DNA of 64,000 bases from Cyanobacteriota bacterium (GCA_046052125.1 JBJOMY010000001.1:640001-704000); one strand, 5' to 3'; positions 47,713 through 56,726 are shown, numbered from the stretch's first letter. Program-made: numbers and translations. The notes: generated by a model not told the origin, from the letters alone.

Positions 47713-49107
47713 GTGTCCTTCAGCCTGCGCCCCTACCAGCAGGACGCCGTTGCCCGCGTGCGGCAGGCGTTCATGGCTGGCCACCGCGCCGTGCTCTTTG
47801 TCCTGCCCACCGGTGGCGGCAAGACCGTGGTCTTCAGCCACATCGCCGAGCAGGCCTCCGCGCGCGGCAACCGCATCGCTGTGCTGGTGCACCGGGCTGA
47901 GCTGCTCGATCAGGCCTGTCGCTCCCTGGCTGCCATGGGAGTGCGCCATGGCGTGATCGCCGCCGGCCGCTCGATGAACCTGGCCGCACCGGTGCAGGTG
48001 GCCAGCGTCCAGACCCTCGCCCGGCGTCTGCATCAGCTGCCGGCCGATCTATTCCAGCTGCTGGTGGTGGATGAGGCGCACCACAGCAATGCAGGCACCT
48101 GGGCCAAGGTGATCGGCCACTTTGATCGAGCCCTGCTGCTGGGGGTCACGGCCACGCCGGTGCGGGGCGATGGCCGCGGCCTGGGGGAGTTCTATTCAGC
48201 CCTGGTGCTCGGCCCCAGCGCCGCCTGGCTGTGCGCCGAGGGTTACCTGGCGCCGGCGCGGGTGTTCGCCCCGCCGCTGGGGTTCTCGGTGAAGGGCCTG
48301 CGCCGGCGGATGGGGGACTTCGATCTCAACCAGGCGGCCGGTCAGCTGGGCGGCAGCCGGATCCTCGGCGATGCCGTCAGCCACTACCTCAGCCACCTGA
48401 GCGGCCGCACCGCCATCGCCTTCTGCTGCTCAATCGCCCATGCCCAGGCGGTGGCCCAGGCGTTTGTGGAGCGGGGTGTGGCCGCGGCCTCGATCGATGG
48501 CGCGATGGACACCCTGCAGCGGCGGCGGTTGCTGGAACAGCTCGGCAGTGGTGAGCTGCAGGTGCTCACCAGCTGCAACCTGATCGGCGAGGGGGTGGAT
48601 GTGCCCTCGGTGGGAGGCTGCCTGCTGCTACGGCCCACCCAGAGCCTGGCGCTGCACCTGCAGATGATCGGCCGCTGCCTGCGGCCCCAGCCCGGCAAGG
48701 AGGCGGTGATCCTCGATCACGTGGGCAACATCGAGCGCCTGGGCCACCACCTCGATGAGCAGGAGTGGAGCCTGGACGGGGTGCGCAGGCGCGAGCAGAG
48801 CAAGGCCCCCTCCGTGAAGACCTGCCCGGAGTGCTTCTGCGCCATGGCCAGCGCCGTCAGCACCTGCCCGGAATGCGGGCACCAGTTCCGGCCGGAGAAG
48901 CGCCAACTGGTCACGGTGGCCGGCGAACTGAAGGAACTGCACCAGCAGGAGCTGCGCCGCCAGCGCAAGCGGGAGCAGAGCCAGGCCCGCACCGCCGCGG
49001 AACTGGAGGCCCTGGGCGCCCAACGCGGCATGAAGAACCCGAAGGGCTGGGCGCGGCATGTGATCGCTAGCCGCCAGACGCGGGGGCAGTGGGGGCTGCT
49101 GGCATGA
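47713..49107 (+). CDS. SF2 DEAD/DEAH-box helicase with C-terminal Zn ribbon (phage type)
   Basis: LRPYQ, PTGGGKT, VDEAHH, TATP, EGVDVP, QMIGR, CPEC...CPECG. Confidence 0.9.
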   Translation: MSFSLRPYQQDAVARVRQAFMAGHRAVLFVLPTGGGKTVVFSHIAEQASARGNRIAVLVHRAELLDQACRSLAAMGVRHGVIAAGRSMNLAAPVQVASVQTLARRLHQLPADLFQLLVVDEAHHSNAGTWAKVIGHFDRALLLGVTATPVRGDGRGLGEFYSALVLGPSAAWLCAEGYLAPARVFAPPLGFSVKGLRRRMGDFDLNQAAGQLGGSRILGDAVSHYLSHLSGRTAIAFCCSIAHAQAVAQAFVERGVAAASIDGAMDTLQRRRLLEQLGSGELQVLTSCNLIGEGVDVPSVGGCLLLRPTQSLALHLQMIGRCLRPQPGKEAVILDHVGNIERLGHHLDEQEWSLDGVRRREQSKAPSVKTCPECFCAMASAVSTCPECGHQFRPEKRQLVTVAGELKELHQQELRRQRKREQSQARTAAELEALGAQRGMKNPKGWARHVIASRQTRGQWGLLA

Positions 49108-49463
49108 GCGAACAGGAACTGCAGCAGCGCATCCGGCTGGAGCTGGGCCGGGGCCCGGTGCGGTTGTGGCGCAACAACGTCGGCGCCCTGCGCGATGAAC
49201 GCGGCCGGCTGGTCACCTACGGACTGTGCAAGGGCAGCAGCGACCTGATCGGCCTCAGCCAGGTGCTGATTGGCCCGGAGCACCTCGGCCAGACCCTGGC
49301 GGTCTTCTCCGCCCTTGAGGTCAAGACCACCAAGGGCCGCATCAGGGAGGAGCAGGAGAAGTTCCTGCAGCTGGTGCAGCAGCTCGGCGGCCGCGGCGGC
49401 GTGGTGCGCTCAGTGGAAGAAGCCAGGCTCCTGCTCGGCGGCAGTAGCGGGATCTCCGCCTGA
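49104..49463 (+). CDS. VRR-NUC domain nuclease
   Basis: WRNNVG...GSSDLIG...ALEVK...EQ..F...GG.GGVVRS. Confidence 0.85.
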   Translation: MSEQELQQRIRLELGRGPVRLWRNNVGALRDERGRLVTYGLCKGSSDLIGLSQVLIGPEHLGQTLAVFSALEVKTTKGRIREEQEKFLQLVQQLGGRGGVVRSVEEARLLLGGSSGISA

Positions 49464-49709
49464 GGACGCACCGGCAGCACAGGGACGGGCAGCAGGGCGC
49501 TGGGCGTGGAGCACCCGGCGGCTGCGGCGCGCCAGGGCCTTCTCCACTTCAGGGACATTCCAGAGCAGGGTGGGCCGCTGCAGCCCAGCACCAGCGGCCC
49601 TGAAGTGATCGCCGGGACGCAGCACCCCATCACGGCGCAGCCGCAGCAGCGTGCGGTCACTGATCCGCAACGCCTTGCAGGCTTCCCGGGTGGAATGGGT
49701 GAACTCCAT
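49410..49709 (-). CDS. Excisionase-like HTH protein
   Basis: STREACKALRISDRTLLRLR...G.HF...LWN; next to the integrase. Confidence 0.65.
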   Translation of the reverse strand: MEFTHSTREACKALRISDRTLLRLRRDGVLRPGDHFRAAGAGLQRPTLLWNVPEVEKALARRSRRVLHAQRPAARPCAAGASSGGDPATAAEQEPGFFH

Positions 49710-50016
49710 TGCTCGTCATCAGGCGACTTGCCGGGACATTAACCGCAGAAAACTGCCATCAACTGCCCCATTCACGGGTATGTCGACATCTACCAATAGG
49801 TTCCCTTTCGGCAATCCTTAGAGATCAGAAGTTGAACCAAGTTCATCATTCTGGGAACCCAACCGGTAACCCACTGCGGCGCAAGCCAAGGGCCCGGAAC
49901 CCTGATGGGAACACGATCAACGGCTGAGCGGGATAACCCAAGGGGCAACAGACCGCAGGCATCAAGAGCGAGGCGGGGAGAGCATCGCCCTTGATGTCTG
50001 CGCAAGAGCCGACGCA

Positions 50017-51552
50017 TCAACCTCGTGCGCTGAGGGCCATCAGCTGCCGGGCGAGGTTGAGCAGCTCTGGGGTGACCTCCTCCGGCAGACCAGCAGCAGG
50101 CGCTGCAGGTGAAGCCAGCTCAGGCATCGGAATGGACGCGGCCGGCAGCGGTGCAGCAGGCGCAATCGCAGGAGCAGGGCGCTGGCCCTCATCGAGAGCC
50201 TTCTGCAAGGCCATCCCCCGCTCAATCTGCTGGGCGGTCTGCTCCACCAGGTAGCGGCGGGCGTGGATCACCTCGCTGTGGCCCATCGCCTGGGCCTTGA
50301 GCGCTGTCGACCAGGTGGTCGTCTCGCGGGCACGGATCGCCCAGGCATGGCGCAGGTCATAGGCCTTGCAGCGGCCCTGCACCGGCGGCGGCTGGGGCCG
50401 GCCCGGGAGGCTTCTGGGGTGATGCCAGCCGAGCAGCTTGACCTTGATCTCACCAGCGGGCTTGGTGGCATGCCGCAGCCAGTGCACCACCACCCGGCCC
50501 AGGGCGGCATTGTTCCAGAACTGGACGCTGCCGTCGCTGGCTTCCGCAGTGCGGATGGGGTAACGCCGGCGCAGCTCGGCCAGCATGGCCCTGGAGTGGA
50601 CCACGTCGTTGAGGCGGTAGCGCTCCAGCCACTCCTCCGGCAGCGGCAGCGCAAAGCGGTGGCCGGTCTTGGTGGCCTGCTCACCATGGCTTTCGAACAT
50701 GCTGATCTGCAGGAAGGTGGGCTCGACGCTGCTTTCGCCAGGCAGCCGCTCGATGTGCCACACCTCGTGGGCCCGCAGGCCGTAGCAGGCAATAACGGCC
50801 ATCACCCAACCCCGCAAGGGGTTTTCCTGCTGCACCTGATCCAGCCAGGCCTCCACCTCAGCCGTGGAGGGGATGAAGCGTGGGGCGGGCGTGCGGACCC
50901 TGCCGCTGGAGTTTTTGAGGCCCTCGAGCTTGGCGCGCAGCTCCGGCGTGGCGATGGAGACCCCCCGCTTGGCCAGGTAGTTCACCATCTGCACCACCCC
51001 GTGAAAGCTGCTGGTGTTGGTCTTGCGAGGCACCAGGGGCTGGGAGCGATCGCGGGCCTGCGCATCCAGCGACGCCGGGGTGTGCAGACAGAAGCGCTCC
51101 AGCTCTTCCGTGCGGGCGAAGGCCTCGTCAGGGAAGGTACGCCCGAAGTACCCCCGGTCGGTGAAGCAGGAGAAGGGGTTGCGGTCCTTGGCTTTGGGGC
51201 CACCCGGAGCAATGTCGGCTTTGATCAGCGATCTGATCTCTCCCCATGTCTGCAAGGGGCCGCAATCAGCAGGAGGTTGTTCACCCGGAGCCAGGTGCAG
51301 CCGCCGCCAGTCGAGCCCTGGCCCGCCGCGCAGCAAATTTCGCTGAGCCGCCAGCAGTAGCTCTACCAATTCGCCGAGATCACCATCCCGGTCGATCCGA
51401 TAGCCGCGGGCGGACTGGCTGCGACCACCTGCACGGGTTTCGTACACGTAGTAGTAGGGACTGTTCCGCCCTGGATGCAGCCGAATCCGATAAGGACAGG
51501 CAGCAAGGCGTAAGCGACAGGAGGCCTGCTGCAGAGCACTACGGGGCTGCAT
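50017..51552 (-). CDS. int: Tyrosine recombinase / integrase
   Basis: YGLRAHE, TKTG.R, YDLRHAWAIR, MGHS..IH..RY catalytic set. Confidence 0.88.
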   Translation of the reverse strand: MQPRSALQQASCRLRLAACPYRIRLHPGRNSPYYYVYETRAGGRSQSARGYRIDRDGDLGELVELLLAAQRNLLRGGPGLDWRRLHLAPGEQPPADCGPLQTWGEIRSLIKADIAPGGPKAKDRNPFSCFTDRGYFGRTFPDEAFARTEELERFCLHTPASLDAQARDRSQPLVPRKTNTSSFHGVVQMVNYLAKRGVSIATPELRAKLEGLKNSSGRVRTPAPRFIPSTAEVEAWLDQVQQENPLRGWVMAVIACYGLRAHEVWHIERLPGESSVEPTFLQISMFESHGEQATKTGHRFALPLPEEWLERYRLNDVVHSRAMLAELRRRYPIRTAEASDGSVQFWNNAALGRVVVHWLRHATKPAGEIKVKLLGWHHPRSLPGRPQPPPVQGRCKAYDLRHAWAIRARETTTWSTALKAQAMGHSEVIHARRYLVEQTAQQIERGMALQKALDEGQRPAPAIAPAAPLPAASIPMPELASPAAPAAGLPEEVTPELLNLARQLMALSARG

Positions 51553-51592
51553 CAGCGCCTCCCCGTCTCACGGAATGAGACGCGTGGGAGAT

Positions 51593-51610
51593 CTGTACCT
51601 AGGTACAGAA
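51593..51610. repeat. Perfect 18-bp palindrome upstream of the integrase
   Basis: TCTGTACCTAGGTACAGA equals its own reverse complement. Confidence 0.7.
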
Positions 51611-51727
51611 ATGGGTCAAAAGGGGTCCGAAGTGGTCGTCTCGTGTCCCGACCTGTCGGACGTTGGCGATTCATGAGATCCAGCTCCCTGAGAGGGAACT
51701 GGGGCCAAAAGTCGGCTGGGACTGGAA

Positions 51728-51772
51728 TGGGTCGCCTGAGATTCGAACTCAGGACCAATCGGTTAAAAGCCG
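51728..51772 (-). other. att core: 3' half of tRNA-Lys(UUU), not an intact tRNA
   Basis: Minus strand CGG-CTTTTAA-CCG ATTGGTC CTGAG-TTCGAAT-CTCAG GCGACCCA gives the anticodon arm, T arm and acceptor 3' strand; no D arm or 5' acceptor strand upstream. Confidence 0.85.
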
Positions 51773-51820
51773 CAGGGCCTGAGACAAGAAGCCAGTCGCC
51801 AAGAGGGTTTCAGAGAAGTT

Positions 51821-51842
51821 GTCCCAAGAAAAGTCCCAAGAA
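51821..51842. repeat. Direct repeat GTCCCAAGAA x2, candidate integrase arm-type site
   Basis: GTCCCAAGAA-aa-GTCCCAAGAA about 50 nt from the att core. Confidence 0.55.
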
Positions 51843-51887
51843 CCAAGTCGGTGGACCCCAATTGTTGCGCATATCCGCGGCTGAGAC

Positions 51888-52238
51888 TCAGCGCTCATCG
51901 ATTCCACGCCCATTGACTGAGCTCCCCAGGGCCAACCCAGCCAAGATGCTCAGTCCCTGGTTCACCGCGTCATCAATGCGCCCCTGGGGGCGCATGCAGA
52001 ACAGCGCCACGGGGTGCTCGGGAGTGGAACCATCAGAAGGTTGTTCGGCTGCATCCTGATCCACCACGCCCCTGGGAGCGCCTGCCCCATCGACCCGCCG
52101 CTCCACCGCCGACAGCCCATTCATCCGCACATACAGCCAACTGAGGGCGGTGCAGTTGAGCAGGTCAAACGCCAGCGTGGCGCCCTGGAACCCCAGGATT
52201 CCGGTCGAGATCCAGACCACCAGCCGGCGGGAATCCAT
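51888..52238 (-). CDS. Small membrane protein
   Basis: Hydrophobic N- and C-terminal segments separated by a Cys-containing loop. Confidence 0.6.
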   Translation of the reverse strand: MDSRRLVVWISTGILGFQGATLAFDLLNCTALSWLYVRMNGLSAVERRVDGAGAPRGVVDQDAAEQPSDGSTPEHPVALFCMRPQGRIDDAVNQGLSILAGLALGSSVNGRGIDER

Positions 52239-52336
52239 GGAGCATTGGCGAACTGCTCAGAAGGGTTCCGGGGTTGTGCCCGGTCCAGGGCGGTCGCCGT
52301 GGAATCCATAGAATTGACATGAGCTGCGCCTGGTTG

Positions 52337-52627
52337 ATGCGTCTCTCAGAACTCCAGGCCCTCACACCGGAACTGCAGGTGATTGCAGAACGCTACGGCG
52401 CTTCCAACCTTGCGGTCTTCGGTTCCGTCGCCCGCGACGAGGCAACAGAATCAAGTGACATCGACCTTCTGGTTGACCTGCCTCCTGGCACAAGCCTGTT
52501 TCAGCACGCAGAGTTCAAGCTGGACCTGGAGAGCCTTCTCCGGCACAACGTGGATTTGATCCGTCGTCGCAACCTCAAGCCGAGCCTGCGTGATCGCGTG
52601 GAAGCCGACGCCGTACCCCTGGCATGA
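52337..52627 (+). CDS. Minimal nucleotidyltransferase (MNT) antitoxin
   Basis: VFGSVAR.E...SDIDLLV; overlaps the HEPN gene. Confidence 0.85.
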   Translation: MRLSELQALTPELQVIAERYGASNLAVFGSVARDEATESSDIDLLVDLPPGTSLFQHAEFKLDLESLLRHNVDLIRRRNLKPSLRDRVEADAVPLA

Positions 52628-52965
52628 ACGCACGTGATCAGGAAGCGCTGAGGGACATCGTCGGTGTCATCGATCGCGCTCTGGGGTTTCCGGTCACCGA
52701 CTTCGATGCGTTCGAGCAAACCGATTATCTGCAAGATGCCTTGATTCGGTGCCTTGAAGTCATGGGAGAAGCCGTCAAACGGCTCAGCCCTGACCTCCGC
52801 GAGCAGCACAGCGATCTGCCTTGGCGGGGGATGGCAGGCATGCGTGATCTATTGATTCATGCCTACGACAGGGTTGACCTCGAGGAGGTGTGGCAGGCTT
52901 ATCAGCAGTTCGCATCGATCCGCAATCGTGTTGTGGAGATCCTCAGGGCAGGCGACGCGAGCTGA
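52624..52965 (+). CDS. HEPN (DUF86/HepT-like) toxin
   Basis: LEVMGEA...PW..MAGMRDLLIHAY..VD...VW with an RX4H motif. Confidence 0.88.
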   Translation: MNARDQEALRDIVGVIDRALGFPVTDFDAFEQTDYLQDALIRCLEVMGEAVKRLSPDLREQHSDLPWRGMAGMRDLLIHAYDRVDLEEVWQAYQQFASIRNRVVEILRAGDAS

Positions 52966-52971
52966 CCACGT

Positions 52972-53169
52972 TCAGACCGTGATTTCAATAGCTTCAGCCG
53001 TTTTTACCCCGGCCTCTTCTGCTTCCACCTCAAGCCAGAGATGGATGGCCTCGCGGATGTTCGCCAGAGCCTCATCGCGGGTACTGCCCTGCGAATGACA
53101 CCCGGGTAAATCGAGACAACTCACCGACCAGCCTTCGTCGGTTTCGAGCAGGCGTATGCAGTACGACAT
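52972..53169 (-). CDS. HicB-like antitoxin (short form)
   Basis: GWSVSCLDLPGCHSQG.T.DEALANIREAI. Confidence 0.85.
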   Translation of the reverse strand: MSYCIRLLETDEGWSVSCLDLPGCHSQGSTRDEALANIREAIHLWLEVEAEEAGVKTAEAIEITV

Positions 53170-53270
53170 CCGTGGCTCGGCAGTGTCTTCACCCTATCGG
53201 TGCCATCCGATCACAAGCAGACATTCGGTTGGCTCCGCCGGAACCCTCAGAAGTTCCCTGCTTCTGATGC

Positions 53271-54506
53271 ATGCCACTCACCCCTGAGGGCTGGACCCTG
53301 CTCAAAACCTGGGAGGGCTGCCGCCTGAGCGCCTATCCCGACCCCGCCAGCGGCGGTGCTCCATGGACCATCGGCTACGGCCACACCGGCGCGGAGGTGG
53401 TGCCGGGGCTGACGATCAGCCAGGAACAGGCGGAGGCCTGGCTCAAGCAAGACGTGGCTGAGGCGGCTGGCGCTGTTGACCGGTTGCTCTCCGGCGTCAC
53501 CCCTACGGCTCGTCAACGCGATGCCCTCATCAGCTTCTGCTTCAACGTCGGCGCGGGAGCCTTGGAGCGCTCCACCCTGCGCAAGCGCCTGCTCGCCGGT
53601 GAATGTCCGGCTGTGGTGATCGCCCAGGAGCTCCCGCGCTGGAACAAGGGCCCCGAGGGCCCGCTGGAAGGGCTCAAGCGCCGAAGGGCTGCAGAGGTGT
53701 CCCATGCCCAGGCTCCAGATCGTGTTGATGCAGCTGAACGCCAAGCAACTAGGGCTGCTCAGCAGAACAAGAACGAGCCGATCCAGCTCTTGGACGCCGT
53801 TCGTCACCACAAGGGATTGGCGCATCAGCAAGAGGCCTGGTTGCAGCTGGAGCAGTCGCTCACTGCCGAGCAACGGGGTGCTTTCGCGGAGGTCTTTCGC
53901 ACTCCATGGGCGCGATCGATTGAGCCCCCCAAGCCGGAGGCGCCAGGCCTCATCGAACTGCCGGTGCCCTACCTGAGCCAGAACGACAGCGCCACCAGCC
54001 AAGGGCCGCGCATGTGCTTCTCCTCCAGCTGCGCCATGGCTGCTGTCTTCCTGAAACCGAGCGCCCTGAAAGGCCCCGGCCAACGGGACGATCAATACCT
54101 GGCGTTGGTGCAGCGCCACGGCGACACCACCGATGCCAATGCCCAAGCGAAGGCCTTGCAGAGCCTTGGGCTGCAGGCACGCTTCCGCATGGATGGCTGC
54201 ATCGAACACCTGATTGAGCAGCTCACGCGGGGCATTCCCTGCCCGGTGGGTTGGCTCCACAAAGGCCCTGTCTCATCCCCCTCCGGCAGCGGCCACTGGA
54301 GCCTGGTGATCGGCTGGGATCCTTCCAAGCGCCAGGTGCTGATTCACGACCCCAATGGGGATGCCGATCTGGTGAATGGCGGTTACGTGAGCACCGCCAT
54401 CGACAGTGGCCAGGCCCTGCGTTACTCCGAACGCAACTGGGGGCGCCGCTGGATGGTGGAAGGAACCGGAACCGGCTGGTGGATCGAGATCAGCAAAGGG
54501 ACCTGA
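53271..54506 (+). CDS. Endolysin: GH24 lysozyme fused to a C39-like peptidase
   Basis: EGCRLSAYPDP...WTIGYGHT...SFCFNVG...GLKRRR; YLSQND...CFSSSCAM...GHWSL...HDP. Confidence 0.85.
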   Translation: MPLTPEGWTLLKTWEGCRLSAYPDPASGGAPWTIGYGHTGAEVVPGLTISQEQAEAWLKQDVAEAAGAVDRLLSGVTPTARQRDALISFCFNVGAGALERSTLRKRLLAGECPAVVIAQELPRWNKGPEGPLEGLKRRRAAEVSHAQAPDRVDAAERQATRAAQQNKNEPIQLLDAVRHHKGLAHQQEAWLQLEQSLTAEQRGAFAEVFRTPWARSIEPPKPEAPGLIELPVPYLSQNDSATSQGPRMCFSSSCAMAAVFLKPSALKGPGQRDDQYLALVQRHGDTTDANAQAKALQSLGLQARFRMDGCIEHLIEQLTRGIPCPVGWLHKGPVSSPSGSGHWSLVIGWDPSKRQVLIHDPNGDADLVNGGYVSTAIDSGQALRYSERNWGRRWMVEGTGTGWWIEISKGT

Positions 54507-54549
54507 GGCGCCCAAGCGGGGAACACTTTCACCAGTTGCTCCGAGTTCC

Positions 54550-54717
54550 ATGAACTACAACCCAGCCATGACACCCATCCCCCTGCACAACGATCACCAC
54601 GTACGAGTTGGCCTGGAGGCGCAGCTGCGCCAGTGCTGGGCGATGTACAACGCCCTGCCCACAGAAGCCAACCGCTATCAACTGGTGCGCCTGGAGCGCT
54701 TGCTGCAGAGCCTTTAA
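54550..54717 (+). CDS. Small hypothetical protein
   Basis: MNYNPAMTPIPL...LEAQLRQCW...RYQLVRLERLL; 3' part of ORF-track entry 54406..54717. Confidence 0.45.
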   Translation: MNYNPAMTPIPLHNDHHVRVGLEAQLRQCWAMYNALPTEANRYQLVRLERLLQSL

Positions 54718-54888
54718 GTGGCAGATCAGGTGTTCAGCGTGTTACAACCGAACCACTGCAGAGGATGACAACCTGCAAACCAGCGGAGTCCATTAAGGCC
54801 TCCCTTTTTTATGGGAACAATGGGGTGAATCAGGCTCGCGACAAGCACTGAAGCGCGTTACGGTCGGGCCGATCCAATCTCAGCTTCC

Positions 54889-55251
54889 ATGCTCACCGGC
54901 TCTGACCTGCTCGCCAAAGTCAAGGAACTGGGCGATGCGTCTAAATCCGATCTGGTGCGCAGCTGCGGTTACGTGAGCACCAAGAAAGATGGCAGCGAGC
55001 GCCTGAACTTCACCGCCTTCTACGAAGCCCTCCTGGAAGCCAAAGGCCTGAGCCTGGGCAACGACGGCGCTGGCCGGGGCAAGGGTGGGCGCAAGCTCAG
55101 CTACACCGCCACCGTGCAAGGCAACGGCAACCTGCTGGTGGGCAAGGCCTACACCGCCATGCTCGACCTCAAGCCCGGTGATGAGTTTGAGATCAAGCTG
55201 GGGCGTAAGCAGATCAAGCTGATTCCCTCTGGCGCGGTGGAAGAGGACTGA
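54889..55251 (+). CDS. Cyanobacterial AbrB-like regulator (second copy)
   Basis: N-terminus near-identical to 579..944. Confidence 0.9.
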   Translation: MLTGSDLLAKVKELGDASKSDLVRSCGYVSTKKDGSERLNFTAFYEALLEAKGLSLGNDGAGRGKGGRKLSYTATVQGNGNLLVGKAYTAMLDLKPGDEFEIKLGRKQIKLIPSGAVEED

Positions 55252-55281
55252 GTCGTCTTACCCAGACGGAGCCGCTGTCAA

Positions 55282-55602
55282 TCAGCGGCTCTTGACGCAG
55301 TAGCTGCCCGAGCTGAACCAGCCGATCGGACAGCTGGATCCCATTTTCTGGATCGCTTGGCGCTGGTTGCTTGGGCTGCTCACGCAGTACGCGCCAGAGC
55401 TGTAGAAGCCGATCGGGCAGCTACCACCAATCTTCTCAAGGGCACCACGGGTGTTGCCGCTCTTGGACGGAACGCAGTAGCTCCCAGAGGCGTAATACCC
55501 CAGCGGGCACCCTCCCACTTTGGGGAGGGGTTGCACGGGTTGTTGGGCCAGAGCGGCGGAGGCAGAGGCCGCCACCATCAGGGCTGGGAGCAGGACTTTC
55601 AT
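55282..55602 (-). CDS. Secreted Cys-rich repeat protein
   Basis: Signal peptide plus three CP(L/I)G(Y/F/W)xxSGxYCV repeats. Confidence 0.75.
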   Translation of the reverse strand: MKVLLPALMVAASASAALAQQPVQPLPKVGGCPLGYYASGSYCVPSKSGNTRGALEKIGGSCPIGFYSSGAYCVSSPSNQRQAIQKMGSSCPIGWFSSGSYCVKSR

Positions 55603-56027
55603 GGGTGATACGGCGCGTTGAGCTCAGGCTCGATTGAGGCCGTAGCTGGCCTGGCTGGAAACAGCCCCAGCAGCCAAAAGAGCGGCATGAGAATGCTGAC
55701 CGTAGGCATCACCTCATGAGCGGAGGGATCGTTCATTCGCCCTCGCGCCGAGCTCCACAGGCCGCGATGAACCAGCCATCGTTTGATCGCCTCAACGAAT
55801 CGACCGCGGCGACTGGAGAGCCACATCGCACGCTTCAGCCGGCGGACACGATCTTGGCGCCGGGTTTCAATCTCACGACTGACGATGTAGTGGAGCTCGA
55901 GATCCACCGTGTCGCAATGGGCGCCGAGCTCAATGCGGTAGTAATAATCGAGCTTGTACAGACGTTCATCATCCATGGCCCTGGCCAGACGCCTGTACTC
56001 GTTTCGCGATTCATCGCTCAGGCACAT
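55599..56027 (-). CDS. Hypothetical protein
   Basis: 142-aa ORF overlapping the next start (ATGA). Confidence 0.45.
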   Translation of the reverse strand: MCLSDESRNEYRRLARAMDDERLYKLDYYYRIELGAHCDTVDLELHYIVSREIETRRQDRVRRLKRAMWLSSRRGRFVEAIKRWLVHRGLWSSARGRMNDPSAHEVMPTVSILMPLFWLLGLFPARPATASIEPELNAPYHP

Positions 56028-56090
56028 CGCTCAGTGAGCTTTGCCTGGAATTTTGGCCCCATAGGCTTAGGGCTGCCGCGGGCTCGCCCG

Positions 56091-56726
56091 ATGCGTCAGC
56101 TCCTTGCCCTGGGTCTGATCACGGTTGGCATGACGCTCCCAGCAGTCGCACAAACCCGCACGGCCACCGTGCTCTCCATCGGCGATGGCGACACCCTGCG
56201 CCTACGCGAGGGCAACCGCACCGTGAACGTGCGCCTGGCCTGCATCGATGCCCCGGAATCCAGCCAGGCACCCTTTGGCGCTCAGGCCCGGCAGCAACTG
56301 CAGGCCCTGGCGCCCGTGGGAAGCAGCGTGGAGCTGCGGATCAAGGCCACTGATCGCTACGGCCGCTCCGTGGCCGAACTCACCAGAGGCGGCCGCAACC
56401 TGAACCAGACCCTGGTCGCGTCTGGTGTGGCGTTCGTGTACTGGCAGTACATCGGTGGCTGCGACCGGCAGACCTACGGTCGCCTCGAAACTGAGGCCCG
56501 GCTGAAGGGGGTTGGCGTGTGGGGTGTCAGCGGTGGGCTGACGCGTCCGTGGGACTACCGCTCTGGCCAACGCAAACCCAGCTCAAGCTCAAGTGCACCG
56601 GCGGGTCGGCGCTACACCTGCAGCCAGATCGGCTCCTATGCCCAGGCCCAGGTGTTATTGCGGCAAGGGCACAGCTACCTCGATGGGGATGGTGATGGGG
56701 AGGCCTGTGAGGGGTTGAGGGGGTGA
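56091..56726 (+). CDS. Secreted thermonuclease (SNase-like) with Excalibur domain (second copy)
   Basis: Signal peptide, GDGDT, VRLACIDAPE, DRYGR, PWDYR, YLDGDGDGEACE. Start taken at ATG 56091. Confidence 0.88.
   Translation: MRQLLALGLITVGMTLPAVAQTRTATVLSIGDGDTLRLREGNRTVNVRLACIDAPESSQAPFGAQARQQLQALAPVGSSVELRIKATDRYGRSVAELTRGGRNLNQTLVASGVAFVYWQYIGGCDRQTYGRLETEARLKGVGVWGVSGGLTRPWDYRSGQRKPSSSSSAPAGRRYTCSQIGSYAQAQVLLRQGHSYLDGDGDGEACEGLRG

Larger units (their letters stand above)
21215..51772. mobile_element. Phage-like integrative element (prophage or capsid-forming satellite) with a tRNA-Lys att core; probably extends left over the DISARM region
   Basis: Integrase, excisionase, primase-helicase, terminases, portal, scaffold and capsid in one block ending at a tRNA-Lys 3' fragment; the left boundary is not visible. 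Confidence 0.85.

Noticed and set aside
45047..47956. 425-aa and 532-aa plus-strand ORFs
   Set aside because: Antisense shadows of the primase-helicase
51728..51800. Intact tRNA-Lys gene
   Set aside because: The D arm and the 5' acceptor strand (expected GGGTCGC) are absent; similarity stops within the anticodon stem
53247..54260. 337-aa minus-strand ORF
   Set aside because: Antisense to the endolysin, which has clear catalytic motifs
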